NCBI GenBank assembly: GCA_040905465.1
Contig: JBBDRK010000017.1
Span: 107,729-171,728, forward strand
DNA: 64,000 nucleotides
From: Trueperaceae bacterium
GTDB lineage: Bacteria; Deinococcota; Deinococci; Deinococcales; Trueperaceae
Direction of reading: 5' to 3'
Both the position numbers and the translations under genes were made by a program. How positions within the stretch are numbered: the stretch's first letter is position 1; every line of letters begins with the position of its first letter. A model generated the notes under the pieces. The model saw only the letters and a list, made by a program, of their open reading frames with translations, made no database searches and had not been told where the DNA came from. Positions 57,793 through 64,000 of the stretch are shown here, piece by piece.

Positions 57793-58473
57793 CTAACCCG
57801 TCCTGGTGAAGTACCTGGCGGTATTGAGCTTATGTTCCCGCGCGAACAGTTCGATCTCCAACGGATCCGTTGCGGCGTTGGCAAGCATCTGGACGATTTG
57901 CTCGTGATCGCTCAACGACCCTTGCGCCCTCTGGGGAATCAGATAGAAGGAAGTGGTGCTCAGATAGGAGTCGAGCCGAGACCAGAGAGCCTGGATCGTC
58001 TCGACCAGGCTGGCGTTCCGGCACTGAGCATAGATCAGGAAGTGGAACTCGCGGTTGTGGAGGCTGAACCTGTCCCAGTGCTCTTCAGCCAGCGCCTTTT
58101 TCATCTTGGTATCCAGATTGCGGAGCTGTTTCTCGACGGTAGGGGCGATCGGCAGGGCGAGTCGCGTTGCGTATGCCTCCAGGACGGCCAAAGGTTCCAA
58201 CACGCTGACGATGTCGTCGGAGGTGGTGAGTGCGACGACTGCCCCAACGTGTGGCGTCATTTCAACCAGCTTCTCGGACTGCAGCTTGAACAGCGCCTCG
58301 CGAACGGGCATTCCGCTCGTCCCGATCTCCTGGGCGATCTGGCTCGTCACGATCCGTTGACCAGGGAGAATCTGACGCGAAACGATCTTCTGCTTGAGGA
58401 ACCTGTACGCCATCTCCTGCTTGGTCTGAGATGGCGCCTCGATCGTATTTGAACTCTTGCGCTTCACGCTCAT
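57793..58473 (-). CDS. GntR family (FCD) transcriptional regulator
   Basis: PGQRI...IA..IGTSGMPVREAL, NREFH, DHEQI. Confidence 0.93.
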   Translation of the reverse strand: MSVKRKSSNTIEAPSQTKQEMAYRFLKQKIVSRQILPGQRIVTSQIAQEIGTSGMPVREALFKLQSEKLVEMTPHVGAVVALTTSDDIVSVLEPLAVLEAYATRLALPIAPTVEKQLRNLDTKMKKALAEEHWDRFSLHNREFHFLIYAQCRNASLVETIQALWSRLDSYLSTTSFYLIPQRAQGSLSDHEQIVQMLANAATDPLEIELFAREHKLNTARYFTRTG

Positions 58474-58495
58474 AATATATAATATCTTATAGAAT
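58474..58495. promoter_or_regulatory. Candidate GntR operator/promoter (copy 1)
   Basis: TATATAAT-N4-TATAGAAT abutting the gntR ATG. Confidence 0.6.
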
Positions 58496-58585
58496 TACCT
58501 GTCATCGCGATCATTTGCACGTCTCTCGCTGTATTGCCTCCCTCGCCTCGTACCCTCATTGAAGCGAGGATCCGGCGGGAAAGCA

Positions 58586-59485
58586 ATGGAAAGTAGGTAT
58601 TCAAACGTGACGAAAGTGGAGCAAGCGAAGGCTTCTCGGGAACATCGCTACGAAGCGCTTACCTGGCCCGAACTGGATGAGGCCATCGCCCAGGCAAAGG
58701 TGATAGTCCTGCCCGTCGGTTCGACCGAACAGCATGGTCACCATCTGCCCCAGGACGTGGATACCAGACTTGCCTCCGCCGTTGCATATGAGGCTGGGCG
58801 GCGTGCAGCCGGCCAAGTGCTGGTGATGCCGCCGGTGAGCTACGGCTACACCCACCACGTAATGGATTTCCCTGGCACGATCAACATCGAGCCGAGCACG
58901 TTCGTGCGGTTCCTTCTCGACATCACCCGTTCGGTTGCCTACCACGGCTTCAAACGGATCATCATCTTGAACGGTCACGGTTCCAATCATCCTCTGGTGG
59001 AACAGGCCGGCCGTCAGACGAACCTGCAGACCGACGCGCTTTGCCTCACGCTCAGCTGGTGGAACCTGATAAGCGACTACTGGAACACCGAGGTGCGTAC
59101 ATCGGTGATTCCCGGAGGCTGCGCCCACGCTTGTGAGCTGGAGACATCGATGTACCTGCACATCGATGGCGACAGCGTGCGAGTCGATCGTACCGCCGGG
59201 GACCTTCCCGACTATATGAAGCTTCCCGGTGGCGAGAAGTGGCAATACGTCGATCTCACAGCTGGTTCCGGACCGGCCACCATCGTCGACTGGACCTCGA
59301 GTTACAGCGACAGCGGCGCGTTCGGCGAACCGCAAAAGGCGAGTGCCGAAAAGGGAAAGCTGGTCTTCGAGCGCGCCGTAGGAGAGCTCGTCGATCTGGT
59401 CGGGTGGTTCCAGAAGCGCGAGACACTTCCCAGGCGCTCCAAGCACGCCCGGTCACCCAGTTTCCCACTGCCGTTCAAATTTTGA
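58586..59485 (+). CDS. Creatininase family amidohydrolase
   Basis: LPVGSTEQHGHHLP..VD, NGHGSN, HACELETS. Confidence 0.92.
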   Translation: MESRYSNVTKVEQAKASREHRYEALTWPELDEAIAQAKVIVLPVGSTEQHGHHLPQDVDTRLASAVAYEAGRRAAGQVLVMPPVSYGYTHHVMDFPGTINIEPSTFVRFLLDITRSVAYHGFKRIIILNGHGSNHPLVEQAGRQTNLQTDALCLTLSWWNLISDYWNTEVRTSVIPGGCAHACELETSMYLHIDGDSVRVDRTAGDLPDYMKLPGGEKWQYVDLTAGSGPATIVDWTSSYSDSGAFGEPQKASAEKGKLVFERAVGELVDLVGWFQKRETLPRRSKHARSPSFPLPFKF

Positions 59486-59527
59486 CGTGAAGCGACATGC
59501 GATGAAGCGGAGGGCAGATCGACACCA

Positions 59528-60646
59528 ATGAAGATCACTGACGTACAGGCCATCTATCTCTCGCTGCCCACGATCGCCAAGCGATCCGACGGAACACAGG
59601 ACGCCCTGATCGTCAAGGTGACGACCGACGCCGGCATCACCGGCGTAGGAGAGGTGGACTCCTCGCCTCTCGCTGCCAAGGCGGCAATCGAGGCACCGAT
59701 GTCGAGCAGCATCACGTCCGGTTTGCGTGAGCTGGTTATCGGAGAGAACCCCTTCGAGTACGAGCGGCTGTGGCACGAGATGTACCACGGATCGCGTTAC
59801 GCAGGCAGGAGCGGACTGTTCATCCACGCCATGAGCGGCATCGATCTGGCGCTATGGGACATCATGGGCAAGGCACAGGGCCTGCCGGTCCATACGCTTT
59901 TGGGCGGAGCCTTTCGGAAGCGGGTTCGCGCCTATGCGAGCACGCTGTTCGGCGAGGATCTCGCGTCGACGGCCGATAAAGCCCGGCGTTGTGTTGACGA
60001 GGGGTTCACCGCCGTCAAATTCGGATGGGATCCCATGGGCAGGGATCCCGACTATGACGAGGCACTCGTAGATACCATCAGGAATGCGGTTGGGCCTCGG
60101 GTAGACGTGCTTATTGACGCCGGCCAGTGCTGGGACACCAAGAGCGCCATACAAATGGCGCGCCGCTTCGAGCCGTACGACATCTACTGGCTGGAGGAGC
60201 CGCTGCGGCCCGACAATATCGCCGGCTACGCGGAGCTCTCGCGGGCGACCCATCTGCGAATCGCGGCCGGCGAGGCCGAGAGCGACCGGCATTCCTACCT
60301 GCAGCTCATGGAGGCAGGGAACGTCGACGTAGTGCAGGTAGACGTTACTCGCACCGGAGGGCTCACCGAGGCGAAGAAGATCGCCTGGGCCGCTTACGAC
60401 CGCGGGCGCTCCGTCATCAATCACTCCTTTACGACCGACGTGAATATCGCCGCGTCGCTGGCCCTGCTGGCGTCCATCCCGGAAGCACCGTTCCTGGAGT
60501 TCTGCGTCGAGGAGTCACCCATCCGCAACCAACTGGTGCGAAACCCCTTCGTGGTCGAAGACGGATACGTGTCGGTTCCCGACGCGCCAGGCCTCGGCGT
60601 CGAGCTCGATGACGCAGTCCTGGAGAGCTATGCGCGCTCGGCCTGA
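59528..60646 (+). CDS. Mandelate racemase/muconate lactonizing enzyme family protein
   Basis: SGIDLALWDIMGK, metal ligands in DAG/WLEEP/AAGE, C-terminal PGLGVE. Confidence 0.93.
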   Translation: MKITDVQAIYLSLPTIAKRSDGTQDALIVKVTTDAGITGVGEVDSSPLAAKAAIEAPMSSSITSGLRELVIGENPFEYERLWHEMYHGSRYAGRSGLFIHAMSGIDLALWDIMGKAQGLPVHTLLGGAFRKRVRAYASTLFGEDLASTADKARRCVDEGFTAVKFGWDPMGRDPDYDEALVDTIRNAVGPRVDVLIDAGQCWDTKSAIQMARRFEPYDIYWLEEPLRPDNIAGYAELSRATHLRIAAGEAESDRHSYLQLMEAGNVDVVQVDVTRTGGLTEAKKIAWAAYDRGRSVINHSFTTDVNIAASLALLASIPEAPFLEFCVEESPIRNQLVRNPFVVEDGYVSVPDAPGLGVELDDAVLESYARSA

Positions 60647-60760
60647 CGACGCTGACTGGTGAGCCGGCATGTGACCCTCTGGGCCCGGAGCAATAGTCCT
60701 CAGCGGGGTCGCTGTCGCGATCATCGCCGGGCTTACCCTAACTAGACGACAGGAGTACTC

Positions 60761-61138
60761 ATGAAATTGATCAATCCGAGTGAATGTCCGCCTCAGAATC
60801 CGTCGTTCAGCCAGGCCTCGATCGCCACGGGTCGGACCGTGTATCTGGCAGGTCAGATCGGCATGGATCCGGGCACCGGGACGCTGGCCGGCGATGATGT
60901 GGTTGCACAGACGAAGCAGATCTTCGAGAACGTGACGTGCATACTCGCGGCAGCCGGATCGAGTCTCGAGCGAGTCGTGAAGGCGACGATCTTCATCACC
61001 GATCTTGCCGACTGGCCCGAGATGAACTCAGTCTACGCTGAGTACCTATCCGGCCATGCGCCCCCCAAGTCGACGGTCGAGGTTTCCGGACTGGCACTGG
61101 GCGCGCGAGTTGAAATAGAATTCACCGCCGAGGCGTGA
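60761..61138 (+). CDS. RidA/YjgF family protein
   Basis: FSQA, YLAGQIG, MNSVYAEY, VEVSGL..GARVEIE. Confidence 0.92.
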   Translation: MKLINPSECPPQNPSFSQASIATGRTVYLAGQIGMDPGTGTLAGDDVVAQTKQIFENVTCILAAAGSSLERVVKATIFITDLADWPEMNSVYAEYLSGHAPPKSTVEVSGLALGARVEIEFTAEA

Positions 61139-61944
61139 CGGCCATGACCAAACGGACCACTGACCACCAGGCGTCTCTTTCGGGCAAGCGGGCATTGGTG
61201 ACCGGGGCCAGCCGCGGAATCGGCAAGGAGATCGCCCGCGGACTGGCCGGTGCCGGTGCAACGGTTTGCATCTCCGGGCGGTCGAGCGAGGCGCTCGATA
61301 GCGTAGCGCGAGAGATCACCGACGACGGTGGACAGTGCGAATCCGTTGTCGCCGATCTCTTCAGGGTGGACGGGGTTGAGCGCCTCATCACCGAGACACA
61401 GCAGCAGCTTGGCCACGTCGACATACTGGTGAATAACGCCGGTGTCGGAAGTCGTGTCGACCTAAGGCCCGTGTCCGAGTTCGATCTCGAGTTCTGGCAG
61501 AAGACCCTTTTTCTCAATTTGACGGCGCCGATGCTGCTTTCACGGGCGTTCGTCGGCGGAATGGTGGACCGCAAATGGGGGAGGATCATCAACATCGCTT
61601 CCATCAACGGGAAGATCGGCGCCGTTCACGGAGCCGCCTACTCGGCGAGCAAGCACGGTCTTATCGGACTGACGCGCACGCTCGCACTCGAGGTGGCGAA
61701 GTACTCGGTCACCGTAAACGCCGTTTGTCCAGGACCGGTCGACATCGGCGACGATTCGCGGCTCGAGTTCGATGCCGCTCGACTCGGGAAGACACCCGCT
61801 GAACTCGAGGCGAGCATCTCGCCGATCGGGCGCAGACTCGTCCCCTTCGAAGTCGCCCCGCTGGTGACGTTTTTGGCGGGACCGCAGGCGGCCGTCATTA
61901 CAGGGCAGTCGATCAACATAGACGGAGGGGTCGTAATGCACTGA
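61135..61944 (+). CDS. SDR family oxidoreductase
   Basis: TGASRGIG, NNAG, YSASK, VCPG, IDGG. Confidence 0.93.
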   Translation: MTAMTKRTTDHQASLSGKRALVTGASRGIGKEIARGLAGAGATVCISGRSSEALDSVAREITDDGGQCESVVADLFRVDGVERLITETQQQLGHVDILVNNAGVGSRVDLRPVSEFDLEFWQKTLFLNLTAPMLLSRAFVGGMVDRKWGRIINIASINGKIGAVHGAAYSASKHGLIGLTRTLALEVAKYSVTVNAVCPGPVDIGDDSRLEFDAARLGKTPAELEASISPIGRRLVPFEVAPLVTFLAGPQAAVITGQSINIDGGVVMH

Positions 61945-61957
61945 GCGTTTGAAGTTT

Positions 61958-61979
61958 TATATAATCGAATATATAATAT
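61958..61979. promoter_or_regulatory. Candidate GntR operator/promoter (copy 2)
   Basis: TATATAAT-N4-TATATAAT; shares the 12-mer AATATATAATAT with 58474. Confidence 0.6.
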
Positions 61980-62167
61980 TTGAATACGCAGCATGGTACT
62001 GGCGAGATGGCGCACAGAGTAGGCGCGGGCTGAACGTCCGACTCCTATCCGCCGCCGCCGTATTGCGTACACGCCAGAAAGGAAGGGGGAAGTGACCCGT
62101 CAGAACGCCAGTAGGGCCAGCACGAAACGCATTTGCCCAAATGCATCTGTTCAACGAAGGGAACATT

Positions 62168-63688
62168 ATGGTCAAGTCGCTACTTCGCTCCACCCTGTCG
62201 CTCCTCGTCGCACTGTCGCTTCTCTCCATGTCCTCTGCGCAGCAGGCCGAGCCCGAGTACGGTGGGGTATTACGAGTGGCCACCGGGTCGGACCCTGCGA
62301 CCCTGCATCCTTACGTATTCGGAAACGAATTCGATCGAAACGCCTTCCGTCCGATCTACGACGCGCTCCTCGAGTACGACCTCACAACCTATGAGGTGGT
62401 GCCGAACCTGATCGAGAGTTATCAGATCTCCGATGACGGCCTGACCTGGACATTGAACGTACGGCAGGGAGTCGTCTTCCATGACGGTCAGCCGATGACC
62501 GCGGAGGACGTCGTATGGTCGTTCGAGCAGGCGCAGAAGTCCGAGGCCACGCGCACCGCCCCTCTCCTCAGCTTCGTCGAGGCGGTCGAGGCCACCGATA
62601 GCCACGTCGTCGAACTCAGCCTCAGCCAGCCCGATCAGCTTCTGTCGCACACGATGGTCGACATTCGCGTGACACCAGCCGGCACAACCGACTTCAACAC
62701 GGACCCCATCGGTACCGGCCCGTTCAAGCTGGTCAACTGGGAGCCGAACCGCGAGCTTACCTATGAGCGGAACGAGGACTACTGGGTGGATGGCCTCCCA
62801 TATCTGGACGGCCTCAGGTTCATGACCGTTCCCGAGGAGAGCGTCCAGGTCATCCAGTTGATCGGCGGCGAGGTCGACTTCATGACGAAGGCGCCCTTCG
62901 GTCAGATCGCCCAGCTCGTGAACGCGGGCATGGTGACGGTCGTTCCGCCGGACGATCGTGCGATGGGTTTCTTCGACATAATTCTCAACACGCAGCGCGC
63001 CCCGTTCGACGACGAGCGAGTGCGCCAAGCAGTGAGCTACGCAATGAACAGAGAGGCGTTCGGACGCTCGTTGTTCGGATACGCCACCGTGCAGTCGAAT
63101 CCGGTCCCCCGCAGCAGCGAAGCGTTCGCTGAGGATGCACTGAACTACGATCAGCGTGACGTCGAGCGGGCACAGGAGCTCCTCGCCGAGGCGGGCTATC
63201 CCGACGGCGTAGAGTTCGACATGTTCGTACACCGCACCGGGCTCGAGTACGATACCGGAGCGCAGATCATCCAGCAGAGTCTCGGTGAGGCCGGTTTCAC
63301 CGTCAACATCCGGGGCGTCGACATCGGCACCTGGGTCGATAACGTGTTCGGACAGAAAGACTTCCAGGCCGGCTTTTCGGCCAAGCTGCCAAAGCCGGTC
63401 GAGTATGACCTGATCGCCCACATGTGGGCAAAGACCGTTGGTGACGCAAGCGGCTACGAAGAAGAGAACCCTGAGTTCTACCGCTTGTTGCAAGACGCCA
63501 GGTCGATCGCCGATAACGATGAGTACATCGAAGCGCTCAAGGAGCTTCAGCGGATTGCCATGGCCGGGCTGCCCGACGTCGTTCTCAACGGACGACTCGT
63601 TCCGGCGGCACACGCGCCCCACGTCAGGGGCTTCATCCACCAGGTGCAGGGATCCACGATCTTCAACCGCGTGTGGATCGACAACTAG
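62168..63688 (+). CDS. Family 5 ABC substrate-binding protein
   Basis: Signal peptide; YGGVL, VVFHDG, IGTGPF, PFDDERVRQA, AGYPDG. Confidence 0.92.
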   Translation: MVKSLLRSTLSLLVALSLLSMSSAQQAEPEYGGVLRVATGSDPATLHPYVFGNEFDRNAFRPIYDALLEYDLTTYEVVPNLIESYQISDDGLTWTLNVRQGVVFHDGQPMTAEDVVWSFEQAQKSEATRTAPLLSFVEAVEATDSHVVELSLSQPDQLLSHTMVDIRVTPAGTTDFNTDPIGTGPFKLVNWEPNRELTYERNEDYWVDGLPYLDGLRFMTVPEESVQVIQLIGGEVDFMTKAPFGQIAQLVNAGMVTVVPPDDRAMGFFDIILNTQRAPFDDERVRQAVSYAMNREAFGRSLFGYATVQSNPVPRSSEAFAEDALNYDQRDVERAQELLAEAGYPDGVEFDMFVHRTGLEYDTGAQIIQQSLGEAGFTVNIRGVDIGTWVDNVFGQKDFQAGFSAKLPKPVEYDLIAHMWAKTVGDASGYEEENPEFYRLLQDARSIADNDEYIEALKELQRIAMAGLPDVVLNGRLVPAAHAPHVRGFIHQVQGSTIFNRVWIDN

Positions 63689-63704
63689 TTCTACTCATTG
63701 CGAA

Positions 63705-63737
63705 CGGGAGTGAATGGCTGCACGCCATTCACTCCCG
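63705..63737 (+). terminator. Post-SBP stem-loop
   Basis: CGGGAGTGAATGGC-tgcac-GCCATTCACTCCCG perfect 14-bp stem. Confidence 0.65.
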
Positions 63738-63785
63738 CGGATTCGCTCCAGGGCAGCCCGCTTCGCAATCGTCGGAACGAACCTC

Positions 63786-64000
63786 ATGATCCTGAAATTC
63801 ATATCCGAGCGCATATTCCACATGATTCTGGTCATGTGGATGGTGGCGACGCTCGTCTTCTTCATATTCCGGATATTGCCGGGTGATCCGGCCCAGATGG
63901 TGTTGGGGCTGGAGCCCAGCCGGGCTTCGCTCGAGGCGCTGCGCGAGCAGATGGGGCTCAACAGGCCGCTGATGGTGCAGTACGGAGACTGGCTCCTGAA
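63786..64000 (+). CDS. Peptide ABC permease (DppB-like), runs off window end
   Basis: My translation: MILKFISERIFHMILVMWMVATLVFFIFRILPGDPAQMVLG...GLNRPLMVQYGDWL. Confidence 0.88.
   Translation, partial: MILKFISERIFHMILVMWMVATLVFFIFRILPGDPAQMVLGLEPSRASLEALREQMGLNRPLMVQYGDWLL

Noticed and set aside
62270-63640. Long antisense ORFs (also 48827..50158, 37195..38478, 51935..53269, 14865..15836, 17719..18723)
   Set aside because: Shadow frames of well-supported genes in high-GC DNA; no motifs.

Overview
GC-rich bacterial chromosomal segment. By style it may be Deinococcota/Trueperaceae-like (BTAD-ATPase-TPR genes, leaderless starts), but that is inference only. Most of the window is catabolic: an acyl-CoA dehydrogenase/DUF35/thiolase-like cluster (1-5.4 kb), a DeoR-sugar ABC-aldolase-FGGY kinase operon (13.3-20.2 kb), five cytoplasmic sulfatases with a sugar ABC importer and ROK regulator (26.2-38.4 kb), an IclR-linked PuuE/SDR/peptide-ABC/RraA unit (39-47.8 kb) and a GntR-linked creatininase/enolase/RidA/SDR/ABC unit (57.8-64 kb). 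The 5.5-25 kb stretch has several frameshifts and apparent deletion junctions, which could be gene decay or read/assembly errors. The standout is 50.3-57.6 kb. There, a divergent SARP/BTAD activator faces a promoter with four direct repeats phased at exactly 11 bp. That promoter precedes five unannotatable small genes: two with acidic leaders followed by amphipathic or glycine-zipper helices (one also has a coiled coil ending in HTHSGV), a CxxC-CxxC protein, and two short hypotheticals. They are followed by a signal-less CspA-like S8 protease whose C-terminal 381 aa has its own SD/ATG and resembles an Ig-like plus aerolysin/ETX-type beta pore-forming module. I propose a protease-activated membrane-attack system (hypothesis). 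No rRNA, tRNA, CRISPR array or transposase was recognised.
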